DNA of 62,693 nucleotides, filler included, from Chiloscyllium plagiosum (taxonomy: Eukaryota), in the NCBI RefSeq assembly GCF_004010195.1. It is 3 parts of one record of this genome, joined end to end, with 100 filler letters (N's around TTAATTAATTAA, not from the genome) between each part and the next. Parts side by side here need not be neighbours in the genome. Positions count along the whole stretch, not along the records: positions 22,070 to 35,593 come from NC_057710.1; positions 35,694 to 62,693 come from NC_057710.1; 1 more part is not named here. The stretch is one strand, 5' to 3'. Below, piece after piece: positions 34,828 through 47,774 of this stretch. The translations under genes were made by a program, and so were the position numbers. Positions within the stretch are counted from its first letter, which is position 1; every line of letters starts with the position of its first letter. Below the pieces are notes generated by a model. The model saw only the letters and a program-made list of their open reading frames with translations. It was not told the DNA's origin and ran no database searches.

Positions 34828-35593
34828 GCAAAACAGAAATTGCCGGAGGTTCCTTGCGGGTCTGGTAGCATCTGTGGAGAGAAAGCAGAATTAATGTTTG
34901 TGTCCAGTGACCCTTCATCAGAACAGTTCAGAACAGGTGAAATGAATGGAGAATTCTGGGTAACAGGTTCTAAATGGCAATTCACAGAAGCTCTTCAGCC
35001 ACATTCTCAAACAGACTTGCTACCACATCTCCTTCCTCAGCAAATTCCTTGAAGAAGCTCTCTTCCTCCCTCTACAAGGATTTCAGTGAGTCCCTCTCAC
35101 CCCCCAGGTCATCTCCTCTGCACAGAAGCTCTTCAGCCACATTCTCAAACAGACTCGCTACCACAGCCACATCTCCTTCCTCAGAACCTGCCTACGGAAC
35201 CGACTGATCCCGCACGGACTCCGGACTACGTTCAGACCAACAAAATTTGGGACCAACAAAATTTGGACCCAACCAGGACAACCAGTACCTACAACAAATC
35301 CGAATCCTCCAGCAAAAGACCTCCCTCCAGATCCTTCGCTCCACGCTTGCAGCCATGCGCCGCTACCTACATTCCCTGCAATTAGACCTACCCCAGCTCA
35401 GGACAACTCTCTCACAGACCTGTAAAGGACCTCTACTGTTTCTAAGCTTTTATCTTAGCCTGCTAGACACACTTTCCTCATTCCTGAAGAAGGGCTTATG
35501 CCCGAAATGTCGATTCTCCTGTTCCTTGGATGCTGCCTGACCTGCTGCGCTTTTCCAGCAACACATTTTCAGCTCTGATCTCCAGCATCTGCA
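34828..35593 (+). mobile_element. Penelope-like element pieces (pLTR remnant, ORF N-terminal region fused to 3' pLTR)
   Basis: Inverted pLTR remnant 34828-34925; CpG-rich ORF PTKFGPNQDNQYLQQIRILQQKTSLQILRSTLAAMRRYL joined at ~35446 to the same pLTR that follows the GIY-YIG end at 35950-36085. Confidence 0.65.
35484..35514 (+). ncRNA. Minimal hammerhead ribozyme motif
   Basis: CUGAAGA-A-GGGC-UUAU-GCCC-GAAA-UGUC-GA; intact core boxes and a GUC triplet. Confidence 0.7.
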
Positions 35594-35693
35594 NNNNNNN
35601 NNNNNNNNNNNNNNNNNNNNNNNNNNNNNNNNNNNNNTTAATTAATTAANNNNNNNNNNNNNNNNNNNNNNNNNNNNNNNNNNNNNNNNNNNN
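35594..35693. other. Assembly gap with artificial linker (44 N + TTAATTAATTAA + 44 N)
   Basis: Seen directly; linker at 35638-35649. Confidence 0.97.
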
Positions 35694-36085
35694 GCCTGGA
35701 GGAAGAGCGCCTCATCTTCCGCCTAGGAACCCTCCAACCACAAGGGATGAATGCAGATTTCTCCAGCTTCCTCATTTCCCCTCCCCCCACCTTATCTCAG
35801 TCCCAACCCTCGGACTCAGCACCGCCTTCTTGACCTGCAATCTTCTTCCCGACCACTCCGCACCCATCCCTCTCCGGCCTATCACCCTCACCTTAACCTC
35901 TTTCCACCTATCACATTCCCAATGCCCCTCTCCCAAGTCCCTCCTCCCTACCTTTTATCTTAGCCTGCTTGGCACACCTTCCTCATTCCTGAAGAAGGGC
36001 TTATGCCCAAAACTTCGATTCTCCTGCTCCTTGGATGCTGCCTGACCTGCTGCGCTTTTCCAGCAACATATTTTTCAGCTCTGAC
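35694..36085 (+). mobile_element. Penelope-like element 3' end (GIY-YIG C-terminus and pLTR)
   Basis: LEEERLIFRLGTLQPQGMNADFSSF, typical of the PLE GIY-YIG end, then a pyrimidine-rich UTR and a decayed hammerhead at ~35989-36018. Confidence 0.8.
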
Positions 36086-36410
36086 CTCCAACAACCACAA
36101 CTATCTTGCTATGTGCCAGGTATGACTCTAACCAACAGAGAGATTTACCATTGATTAACATTGATTCCAGTTTTGCCTGGGCACCTTGATGCCATACTTT
36201 GTGAAATGCAACCTTGCTGTCAAGGACTGATAGTCTCCCCGCCCCTCTGGATTTCAGCTCATCTGTCCATGTTTGAACTAGGGCTGTAATGAGGTCAGGA
36301 GCTGAATGGCCCTGCCAGAGCCCAAACTGAGTGTCACTGAGCAGGTTATTGCTGAGCAGGTGCTGCTTGATAGCAGTGTTGATGACACCTTCCATCACTT
36401 TACTGATGAT
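36086..36410 (-). mobile_element. L2/CR1-superfamily RT fragment
   Basis: MMEGVINTAIKQHLLSNNLLSDTQFG...LDSKVAFHKVWHQG...WLESYL. Confidence 0.85.
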
Positions 36411-37869
36411 TTCTTTATCTGAACCTTAATTAAAGAACATTTTTTCTCCCACTGTCCCAAATTCTCACTGTGACCCAAATTCCCAGCAACTTACTTTGAT
36501 GTCAATTCTTTCATACAACCCCATTGCATATCATTCACCTGTGACAAGAAGAGTCAAGCAGCCTAAGGAGCAGGATTGTCCAACATTGCTAGCTCATCAC
36601 AGACACAGGGTGCAATATGTGGCAACTACGTTTCTTTCAGAGCACCCTATCACCCAACCTTCCAAGTTCAACAACATAAAAAGCTTTCATTCCACCAATG
36701 TGCTTAGCCATGACCATTGATGCTACATTTCTGAGACATATGCCAGATAAACAGGAAGCAGCCCTATTGTATACAGCAGTCTTCCAAGAATGAAGATGAG
36801 AATGAGAAACAGTGAAGTCCCTCCTGTTAGGCAGCAGTGAGGGAGCACATCTTTTTGACCTTTTCCTTTATTGGTTAGCTTTTAACATTTCAGCGTTCAC
36901 ATCGTTGTCAACATTACCGTGAAATTTTCACATAACCTGTAAGATAACTTTTAACCTGAAAGAAGGAATGCTTCGTCAAGCATTTCCCAGCAAATCAGTG
37001 AACAGTGAGGGAGAGTGGGGATGTGAGCTGTCTACTGTTCACCTCGAGTCTAGAGTGGTGGTGCATTCCCTTAAAAAGCTAGGACATGCAAAGAACCTGT
37101 CTGGCAGAAATATGTGCAATCATCACTCATTCCATACGCTCAATTACAAAGTACATGAAAGTGTGGAGTGTATGTACAAGATAAGCCTTGTCACTAGTTG
37201 TAGCCGCGTGGTTAAAGTGCAGCACTATGGCTGCAATCACCAATATGATAAAAATTGGTGCTACCCAAAATACAGGAGTGGTTTGAGACTTGAGTAATGT
37301 TTGGCTATTGCAACTTCTTTCATCTTCATGATGTCTGAGGAGGTTGTTCATTTCTCACATGGGGCTGACTTCCCAGAATCAACAGCCACAAAGACACTAG
37401 AGCAGACATTTTGCAAGTGTAACTGAGCATATATTTGTACTCATAAAAGAAGCTCTTCAATGCCATGACATTCATGCCACCACTGAGCTCCAATAGTTTT
37501 CCTGGTTTTTCCTTTCTCTCCTACAATGCCAAGTGCAATCCAGAATCTGCAGCTGCCATGGTGGGATCCTGCTCTGTAGTTGGCCCTGCTGGCCTGGAAG
37601 ACTTGGCTAGTTGTCTTTATATGCATTTTGCCCTCAAGGGTCCAAACCCACTGACAGCATCCTGTCTGATTGGAGCATCCTCACCCAGACGTTTACGTGC
37701 TTTGAGATTGCAGGCAGAGGCGTGATGGAGAAGCCAGCTGAATCTGGAATGCACTGAGAAGAAGCTTCTGGATGTTTAGTGTATGATTCCTCCTCCCACT
37801 GGATGTCTGCTGATCCAACCTGGCATTTGAATATTCTTTTATTTGTTAATTGGGATTCGGACATTTCTA

Positions 37870-38475
37870 AAATTGAGTATAGGAGCTGGGATGTCATGTT
37901 GCAGCTGTACAGGACATCGGTAAGACCACTTTTAGAATACTACACTCAGTTCTGGTCTCCCTGCTATAGGAAAGATGTTGTGAAACTTGAAAGGGTGCAG
38001 AAAAGATTTTCAAGGATGTTACTGGGGTTGGAGAGTTTTGACCTATAGATAGAGGCTGAATAGGCTGGGGCTATTTTCCCTGGTGTGTCGGAGTCTGAGG
38101 GGTGACTTTATTGAGGTTTATAAAATCATGAGGGGCATGGACAGGGTGAATAGCCAAGGTCTTTTTCGCAAGGTAAGGGAGTCCAAATGTAGAGGGCATA
38201 GGTTTAAAGTGAGAAGGAAATATTTAAAGAGACTGAAGAACTACTTTTTCACGCAGAGGGTGGTGCATGTATGGAATGAATTACCAATGGAAATGGTGGA
38301 GGCTGGTACAATTACAACATTTAAAAGGCATCTGAATGGTGTACATGAATAGGAAGGGTTTAGAGGGATATGGGCCAAATGCTGACAAATGAGACTCGGT
38401 CACTTTAGGATATCTGGTTGGTATGGGCAAGTTGGACCAAAGGGTCTGTTTCCATTCTGTGTGACTCTATGACTG
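37870..38475 (+). mobile_element. CR1 3' end
   Basis: [30 protein letters not shown]...LRGDFIEVYKIMRG plus TGACTCTATGAC tail. Confidence 0.9.
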
Positions 38476-38692
38476 GACCAACAGTTATTGCCAATCCCTA
38501 ACGGCCCACCGGGTAATTATGAGTCAACAATGTTTCTGTGAGGCTGGATTCACATGTAGGCTAGATGAGGTTAGGTTAACAGATTTCTTCTCTGAAGCAC
38601 ATTCGTGAGGCAGAAAGTGAGGTTGATGTCCTGTGTCTTCCTCTTGCCTGGCCATTGACGTTGAGTGATGGAGTACAGGGCTGACACTCTGT

Positions 38693-38872
38693 GCAGGAGA
38701 AAGTGAGGACTGCAGATGCTGGAGATCAGAGTCAAAATGCATGGCTTTGGAAAAGCGCAGCAGGTTAGGCAGCATCTGAGAAACAGTAGAGTCGACATTT
38801 CGGACATAAACCCTTCGTCAGGATGCTGCCTGACCTGCTGTGCTTTTCCGGCACCACACTTTTTGACTGTGT
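38693..38872. mobile_element. Penelope-like inverted pLTR remnant with minus-strand hammerhead motif (38791-38822)
   Basis: Fold-back as at 5473-5686; minus strand CUGACGA-A-GGGU-UUAU-GUCC-GAAA-UGUCGAC. Confidence 0.72.
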
Positions 38873-39559
38873 GCAGAAGCTGACTGTCCATGATGAGCAG
38901 CAGACTCCCCATTGGAGCAGCCAACCCACATGATTGGCAGAGTCAGCTTGGTACTGATAACATTGATAGACTCCTCCAACCTATAATCCAGACTAAGATC
39001 TGCCTCTGACAAATCTGCCTGATGTCCCTGTACCTGTGTGTGTATTTTCACAAAGTTATTAATGGAGCTAAGAGCCTGGGTTCATCTTCTCCTACCTGGG
39101 GCTTCATAGGTGCCTCGTCTTCTGCAGTCCCATGAATGCCAATGACCTAGGATGTTTCTTTCTCAGCCATAGAGGCTAATGTGTCGATTTGCATCAGTGA
39201 TGTGCTCACCAGAATGTGCTCCTGCCTCGAATCTAGAGAGATCACACTGAGTTGAAAGTCTTTGAACTGTTGGAAGGTGCAGGAGAAAGCCTCGCTGATG
39301 CAATCTCTGATGATTCAATGGTTTCCTCCCCAGAGATGGAAGTGGAACTAAGGGCTTCTGGTGTTGGCCCCTTCAGGGCAAATGTTCACTGTGTTTTGGT
39401 ATTGTCTGCATAAAAGAAGATAGGGAATCATTTAAGTAAAAGGGATGAAAGTTTCTGTATGTTAAAAATTAGGTATCCTTGGTTGTAGTGGTTGTAGTGC
39501 ACAGCACAATGAAAGTCAATTTGCTAGTGGCTTATGGTGGTTTCACATCCCCATGCACA

Positions 39560-40450
39560 CAGTTATGTTCCTATCTGTTCAAGTTCAACATTCTCTTATT
39601 CTCAGATGGGGTGAGGAACCTTAGTTTGACACACTCTTAACCACCATCCCACCCTTCATTTCCACTTGTGACCTTGGTCCTCCCAGCCGCTGTGTGAGAC
39701 TTTTTTTTCTTGCAATGTGGTGAAATGAAGGTTAACTGTGAAGGAAGTGGATGAGAGAGCCATTGGGTGTTGATGCAGGAGAGATGGTGAGTTGTCCCCT
39801 ATGAGTGTGTAGGGAGCGAGGAGAACAGGAAGGTTTTGTAGTTTGAGATGATGAGATGGGTGAGAACTATTAAGTGGAGCTCATGTATGCAATAGTGAGA
39901 GTTGTAGTCCATGAGCCTTGGTGAGCTGAGTGTGCAACACACAGTGAGGGTGAAAGCCCTGTGAGAGTGACAGTGGTTGCTAGTACTTACACTGGCAGAG
40001 TGTCGATGGAACACCATAGTGAGAATGGCAGTTCATGGTTTGCAGAAACTGATGCATCTATTTGGAAATATGGGTTTTAAATACAGCACCAATGGCACAA
40101 ACATTAGCAAGGTGAAATTTCTGCAGGTGGGTTTTGAATCTTTGCTCCCAGAGCTAATCCCTGAGCCTCCAGATGAATAGTCCAGTGACATCATCACTCC
40201 ACCACTATCTCTGCCGAACCTTGTGGCCTCGGTTCGAACCTCCAAAGCAGCACTGAGACTTGGGTGGATTTTGCCTGTGCTGACTGGAAGCTGAGATGCC
40301 ACCCATTCTTTTATGCCATGGGTGGGTCTGTGTGTGGTCAAGCAGTTGGCCATGCATCAATATTGCAAACTTTATATGAAGCCCTGTGTTGGGCTTAGTC
40401 ATGCTCTTTGACAGTGAAAGAGACTATGTGGCTGGTCTTCCAATGCATAT
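39560..40450 (-). mobile_element. Harbinger Myb/SANT-like gene relic (tentative)
   Basis: PSLSAALEVRTEATRFGRD resembles PRFS..LEVL...V...R; segment 39850-39915 has a dispersed homologue at ~62130-62195. Confidence 0.4.
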
Positions 40451-40724
40451 CAATGTGCATGTCTACTAGTGTTCACCTCATTGAAATATTGAAATATTCT
40501 TCAAGAGCAGAGCTCATCTGCAACTTAATTCTCTAATGGCTTGTGAACATTTCTCTCCTCCAGATTTAGCTATAGTTCACTTATTCCAAATTATTCCATA
40601 TTAAGGTGAGCACAGTACCTGCACAGACGGTCAGGTTTGTCAGACCATGTAACAGTGTTGAGAAAGATGGGAATACAGAATCATCCTGAGGAGCTCAGGA
40701 ATGCAGGCCTGCCTGCGGGAAGGT

Positions 40725-41640
40725 AGGAGTATAGGAACAGGAGTAGGTCATTCAGTCAATCGAGCTTGTCCCATAATGATTGAACATATCAATGCTTTCT
40801 TCCCCATTCTGTTCCCATAACCATATATGCCTCTGGAAATCAGAAATTTATCAATAACTACTTCAAACAAAATTAAATTCTGAGCTTCTACAGCCCTCAG
40901 TGGAAAAGAATTTCAAAGATTCACAGGCCTCTGGGTAAAATACACCCTCCTCCTTTTAGACATATGTGGCATCCCCCTTATTTTTAAATTGTGCTCCTGG
41001 TTCTAGATTCACCAAGCAATGGAAGTTTTATCCCTCCATCTATCTTGTCTATCCCTTTCAGCATTTTGTAAATTTCAATAAGATCATCTATCATTCTTCA
41101 AAAGACTATAGTTATACTTCCTCCTTTCCCATTGTTTAATCTTTCTAACCAGCCTTCGTTGGCCAAGTTGATGAAAGGCTTTCTAAAAATGTAAATATAC
41201 TGCATCCACTGGCTTTCGTTTATCAGTTTTATGAGCAACATCTTCAACAACCTCCAACCAGTTTGTCAAACGTGAGTTCCCCTTCATAAATCTATGTCCA
41301 ATGAGACTATAATTATCCAAGTGTCCATTTACCCCATCTTTTATAATAGATTTGAACATGTTCCCTACTACTGATAAAAGCCCAACTGATCTGTAGTCCC
41401 CTGTTTGCAACCATCCAATTTGCAAAAATCATTCCAGAATAAATAGAATTTTGAAAGTTAATCACCAATGCTTCAACTATCTCTATAACCATCTCCTCCA
41501 ATACTCTAGGGTGGAGATTATCAGGTCCTGAGAATTTATCAACTTTCTACCTCATTAATTTCTCCAGAGCAATCTTTGTAAAGTATTAATTTCTTTCAAC
41601 TCTTCATTATCCCTAGATACATGGATATCTTAAATTCCCC
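40725..41640 (-). mobile_element. Old CR1 (tail plus internally deleted RT)
   Basis: GDYRSVGLLSVVGNMFKSIIKD...FMKGNSRLTNWLE...VDAVYLHF; tail at ~40730. Confidence 0.8.
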
Positions 41641-43769
41641 AGACAGGTCATCAAACAAAAAAGAGATATTTAATCTTTGCCACAGTGAACTAGGATGTAA
41701 TTTCTGGCTTCAGTTGTTTTGTCTATTGTTCTGTCTGAAGATTTGGTTTGAGAGTATCAAGCATGAAGCCTAAGGAAGGTGACAATGTAGTTGATATGGA
41801 CATATGTTTGCAAGGTCAAGCATTATTTGTTTGGTTGATGATGGTCGAATTGAAAGAGAAAGGAGCAGTTCCTGATGCCATGAAATTATTAATATCAAGT
41901 ACAGTGGAAGACACAATAATAACAAAACATGAGGCACTTCTTAATATTTAATGGAAAAATATGTATACCTATCACTGTGAAAGAAAAGACACAACATAAG
42001 CCAAGAAGTAATAAATAGCTGTAAAATTATAATACATCCCTGACAGTGTTTTAGGAATTTATCACAGCTGTAAGCATTGACATAAATTAGTTATAATTTT
42101 GTTGGAAAATTTGCCAATAATTTTTAATAAGCTACTTTTAAATGAGAGCAAAAAGATGTAAATTATTTTCTCTTTACTGAAGTGCCTGTGGGTAGAAATT
42201 CAAATTCTTTAAAACTTGTGTTACTTGTTAATTCTCGGCAGCACCGTGCATTTAAATATAAATGTCTGCCGAAATCTTTTCCCCACCTGAAGGATGTTAG
42301 CATTTTTACACCACCTTCTGCTTTGCAACTTGACAAAGTATTAATGTTGAAATAAATACTTTTGCATTTAATAGTGCTTGCAATGCTTCCCTGGATCTTA
42401 TCTCAATATCAAAGCATCCCTCTAACCATCTATAAATGGTAATTTCCTGTTAATCTGGCTAATTGGAACCATCAAAAGGCAATTGAGTTATTTGTTATCA
42501 CGGGATGATCAAATTATTCACTTAACCACACAGCAGTATCCAAGAGATATTCAGTGCAACATTGTGGCTCTAATATCAAAGATGACATTTGGTCTTTAAA
42601 TGGGGTCAACAAATGTTCAATCCCAAAATCAAAATGAATATGAGGGACCAATCTGAAGACATTGTCGGATAAATTTGAATGAGGTTAACATTGATGTGTG
42701 ACATTTTACAGAGAAAAAATGAAAAGGAAATAAAAACTGTTGCAACCTTTCATAAGGAGCTGGATACCCAGATCATTAAAAATAGGAAGACAAACTGATG
42801 AAAGAAATGCTTGTATTGAAATCATCCCTTTCATGTCCTCAGAACATGTAAAGCCATTTCACATCTCATTAATTACTTTTGAAGTGCAGCTATTATTTTG
42901 TTGGTTTAAAGGAGATAGCCGACTCTTGAACCGTAAGGTCCCACAAATATCCATGAGAGGAGAGATCAGATAATGATACCAATTAAGGAATGACTATTTA
43001 TCCAGAATAACATGAAAATGCCTTGCTCTTCTTCAACAAAATATAATTAATTATCGATTGGGTAGCATTTTGTTTATTATTTCGTGTAAATTTGTACAAA
43101 ATTATTCATTGGAACAACAAAATACTGGAGTTGATTTCTGACTCAAGGTGCATCAGGAAGTAGAGATGTAGTGCCTCCCCATCTCATAGGCCTGAGGTCA
43201 CCAGCTGGAAGACCATTCAATTTTGTGTTCACTAGTACTTCATGGATGGGCTGCTGATGACAAATGAGTGCCAACAGCCATTAGTTTGCAAGGACAGGAC
43301 ATGATGGATTGTACATTATGCAACTGAGTCAGCAACTGCTTCCAGTCCCTCTGTGTTCCCCCGCAGCCACTGGCAAGTCATTTGGCCAGGTGGAGCTTCT
43401 GCACTGAAAATATTTGTCCATTGAGTTGCAACAGACAGAGCACAAAACCAAAATTGTGAACATCTAAAGATATTAGGGGCGTCAATTTAAAATATTACTG
43501 AGATCCAACTGTTTTTATTGAGGCGATGGTTACCTAAATTTTGACACTTTTAAATATTGCATTAGATAACTTTTCCCCATCTTTAAACCAATCTATTCCC
43601 CATTCGCATTGAAAAGTTAAAAAGCCAGTGATATGGAGCAAGCTGCCTCATTGAGAACAGTTTTGGATGTCCTGCTTTGGAAAAGTGTTACTTCTGAAGA
43701 GTGTACCTGAAAGAGACTGATACCACTTGTGAGAGGTTTTGTTTAGAAGAGTGAAAATAATCTCATCTG

Positions 43770-44340
43770 TAACATAGAGGAATAGGAGCATAGGAACATT
43801 ACAACAGAAGTAGGCCATTCAGCCTCCCTAACCTGTTCCAACATTCAATGAGATCATGGCTGACCTGTGGCCTAACTCTGTATACCTCCCTTCAACCCAT
43901 ATCCTTTAAAACCTTTGTTGAAGAAAAAACATCCCTCTCAGATTTAAAATTAACAACTGATCTAGTGTCCACAGTCTTTTGAAAAAGAGAGTTCTCCAAA
44001 CATCTACCACCCTTTGTGTGTAGGAGTGCTACCTAATATCACTCCTGAACAGTCTGGCCCTAATTCTCAGATTATATCCCCTAGTTCTAGGATCATCAAT
44101 CAGTGGAAATGGTTTAACTTTATCAAACCTATGTTTTCCTGTTAGTATCTTCAAGACTTTGGTCAGATCACCCCTTAACTTTCTAAATTCTAGAGAAAGC
44201 ATGTCTAATTTGTATAATCACTCCTCGTAACTCCTGAAGTCCAGTTATCATTCTCATAAATCTAACTCTTCTCCCTCCAAGGCCAGTATATCCTTCCAAA
44301 TATATCATTTCCAGATCTGCCCACAGTGCTCTAAGTGGAT
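43770..44340 (-). mobile_element. CR1 3' end
   Basis: AGTAGGCCATTCAGCC...CATTCAATGAGATCATGGCTGA tail and reverse-complement ORF2 end. Confidence 0.75.
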
Positions 44341-44699
44341 AAAGTAAATAGATCTCAAAGAATTATTCAACTATGGGAAATTTTGATGAGGGTAAAAGGG
44401 AAACATTTTTTATTGATTAATGAATTAATAACTGGAGAACAGATCTTAAGAACCTGATCAACAGCAAAAAAGAGAAGGAGACTATATGAGGATAATGTTA
44501 CAAAAAGGAAACAGAAAGCCTAGCTAGAAACTATGGGCTGGGCTTAATGCAACCCCATTTGATGGATTTAAGGAGGGATGACAAGTTAAATTCAGCAGAT
44601 GGCCTGCCCATCACCTGTCTGCCCACACAAACATCAGGACTGCAGGTGGCGTCGATGCTGTCCATTCTCCACTGAACAAATTGAGGCAACTGGACAAAC

Positions 44700-44845
44700 A
44701 ATACAAGCTCAAGGGTCTCATCCCAACACCAGATGAAATGCAGACTGACCTAATACAGCACCTATCCACAAAAATAATCCCGAAATTCCAGTTGCATGCC
44801 AATTTAGCACACCACCCTGTTCCCTGGCCATCATCTCTGTATTTA
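44700..44845 (+). mobile_element. Penelope GIY-YIG fragment (inverted partner of 46880-47190)
   Basis: GATGAAATGCAGACTGAC...AAAAATAATCCCGA...CACACCACCCTGTTCCCTGGCCATCA is the reverse complement of ~47040-47151. Confidence 0.65.
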
Positions 44846-44861
44846 TCAAGTATTTATTCTT

Positions 44862-45552
44862 GGCAGTGTGGAGGAACAGAGGGATCTGGGTGTGCAAGTA
44901 CATAGATCCCTCAAAGTTGCCACCCAAATGGATAGGGTTGTTAAGAAAGCATATGGGGTTTTGGCTTTCATTAACAGGGGTATCGAGTTTAAGAGTCGCG
45001 AGGTTTTGCTGCAGCTCTACAAGTCCCTGGTGAGACCACACTTGGAATATTGTGTTCAGTTCTGGTCGCCCTACTATAGGAAAGATACAGAGGCTTTGGA
45101 AAGGGTGCAAAGAAGGGTTACCAGGATGCTGCCTGGACAGGAGGGCTTGCCGTATGAAGAAAGGTTGAATAAACTCGGATTTTTCTCTCTGGAGAGAGGG
45201 AAGAGAGGAGACCTGATCAAGGTGTACAAAACGATGAGAGGAATAGATAGAGCAGGATTGACTGGTATGAGAAGTCATAGTTTGAAGCTATTAGGAGGAA
45301 GGTATAAAGAAGACATCAGAGGTAGGTTCTTTACACAGAGAGTTGTGAATGCATGGAATGAATTGCCAGCTGTGGTGGTGGAAGCAAAGTCATTGGGACA
45401 TTTAAGCGACTGCTGGATATGCACATGAATAGCAGTGAGTTGAGGGGTGTGTAGGTTAAGTTACTATATTTTGCATTTGGATTAAGTCTCAGCACAACAT
45501 TGTGGGCCTAAGGGCCTGTTCAGTGCTGTACTTCTCTATGTTCTATGTTCTA
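44862..45552 (+). mobile_element. CR1 3' end
   Basis: QRDLGVQVHRSLK...[19 protein letters not shown]...FFTQRVVNAWN; TTCTATGTTCTATGTTCTA tail. Confidence 0.93.
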
Positions 45553-45554
45553 TT

Positions 45555-47190
45555 TAACAAAAACAGAAGTTGCTAGAGAAATTCAGCATCTATGCATTTT
45601 GGGTCCAATGCCCCTTCTTCAGAACTTATAATGGCTAGGAAAAGGCCAGTATATATGCTGCACACAAGGGCTGGCAGAGGGGAAGGAGGGACGGTGAAGG
45701 AGTAAATGATCAGCAGAGATGAAACCCAGAGGATGAGCAAACAGCAGTCAGACAGACAGAGGCATCAGGAAATGGCAAGTTAGAGAGAAACAAAAGCTGC
45801 TAATGGAGTCTATTGAAAAGTAAAAATGGCTATGGTGAAAGCAGCCAATGTTATAAAACATAGAACAAAGAACAGTAAGCACAGGAACGGGCCCTTTGGC
45901 CCATGATGTTGTGCCAAACGTGACGCCATATGAAACTAATCCCTTCTGCCTGCCATTGGTCCATGTTCTCCATTTTCTGCATAATCATGTGCTTATCTAA
46001 AAGTCCCTTAAGTGTCCCTATTGTATCTGTCTCCACCACTACCCCAGCAGTGCATTCCAGATTCTTACCACTCTCTGTGTAAAAAACATGCCCCTCACAT
46101 CTCCTTTGACCTTATCCCCTACTACCTTAACTGCATGTCCCCTAGTATTGGACATTTCAACTCTGGCATTTTCAACTCTAATTGTCAACCCTATCTATGC
46201 ATCTCATAATTTGAAAGACTTCCATCAAGTCTCCCCTAAGCCTCCACCACTCCAGAGAGAACAACCTGAGGTTTTCTAATCTATCCTTATAGCTCATACC
46301 CTCTAGTCCAGGCAGCATCCTGATAAACCTCTCTGCACCCTCTCCAAAGCCTCCACATCCTTCCTATAATGTGGCAACCAGAATTGAAACAATACTCTCA
46401 GTGTGGCCTAACCAAATTCTTGAAAAGCTGCAACCTGAAATCCTGACTCTTGTACTCAATTCCCTAACCAATAAAGGCAAGAATGCCACACACCTTCTTT
46501 ACCACCTTATCTTTTTATGTGGCTACTTTCAGGGATCTTTGGACTTGAACCCCAAGATCCCTCTGCACATCAATGTTGTTCAGTGTCCTACCATTAACTG
46601 TATATTTTTCCTTAACATTTGATCTCCCAAAGTTCCACTTACCCGTATTAAACTTCATCTGCCATTTCTCTGCCCATATCTGCAACTGACCTATATCCCA
46701 CCGTATCCTTTGACAACTTTGTGTACAAGTCCACCCATCTTTGTATCTTCTGCAAACTTACTAACCCACTCGTATGCATTTTCATCCAAGTCAGTTATAT
46801 TTTTCATAAACAGCAGAGGTCCCAGTATGGATCTCTGAGGAACACCACTAGACATGGGCCTCCAAACTGAGGGACCCTCCAGGGTTAGGGATGTGGGGCT
46901 GACTAGAGGATATGGAAGGAGGTGTTCAGGTACTAAAATGATCAACCTGAAGGCTGCAGGTTGTCCAAATGGAAAATGAGATGTTGTTCTTCCAACTTGC
47001 GCTAAGCTTCGCTGGAACACTGCAGCAAGCCTGAGACAGAGCTGATGGCCAGGGAACAAGGTGGTGTGTTAAAGTAGCAGGTAACTGGAAACTCGGGGTT
47101 ATTTTTGCAGATAGGATGCAAATGCCCTATAAAGTCAGTCTGCATTTCATCTCCGTAGTGTAGAGGAGACCATATTGTGAGCAGCATTTA
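45555..47190 (-). mobile_element. Penelope-like 3' end (GIY-YIG 46880-47190, pLTR 45555-45850) split by a CR1
   Basis: ICKNNPEFPVTCYFNTPPCSLAISSVSGLLQCSSEA; decayed hammerhead CUGAAGA-AGGGGCAUUGGACCC-AAAA on minus at ~45595-45625. Confidence 0.7.
45851..46872 (-). mobile_element. CR1 3' portion nested in the Penelope element
   Basis: SSGVPQRSILGPLLF...WVSKFAEDTKMGG; tail at ~45855. Confidence 0.88.
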
Positions 47191-47774
47191 ACTGAAAGAG
47201 GTACAGACCCATGTCAAGCAGCCAGGCAGGCACATTTCCTTGCACATGTTGGTGCTGGTAAGGGAGCTTTCTTCCTTAACTGGCTCCTGTGACCAGTGGA
47301 AGATTTCTCAGCACCCACACCCCCTCCCACTTCCCCAATTGGCCTCGCACACCACAGACTCTAATCCACTCACCAATCCATGCCCCACTACATTGCCAAT
47401 CAACAAATAAATAAAAAAATTCCAATCCATCGCAATTCACCTCCTCATGGAACGACTACAATACTGCTTGTTTTACGATACTAATATACCAACAGCAGGT
47501 GCCCTCTGACTGACCTACTTATCAATTGCCATCTCCAACAAGAGAAAGCCTAACCATTATCCCTTTTGATGTTCAATGACATTGCCATTACTGAATGCCC
47601 CATAATCGACATCCTAGGGATTACCACTGACCAGAATCTGAACTGGACTATTTATATGCATATTATGGCTATACTACACCTAGAAGCTAGGAACTGTACA
47701 GTGAGTAACACACCTCCTGTTGCCCCATTGTCTGTCACTACCTACTAGGCACAAGTGTGGTGGGACATTTCTGT

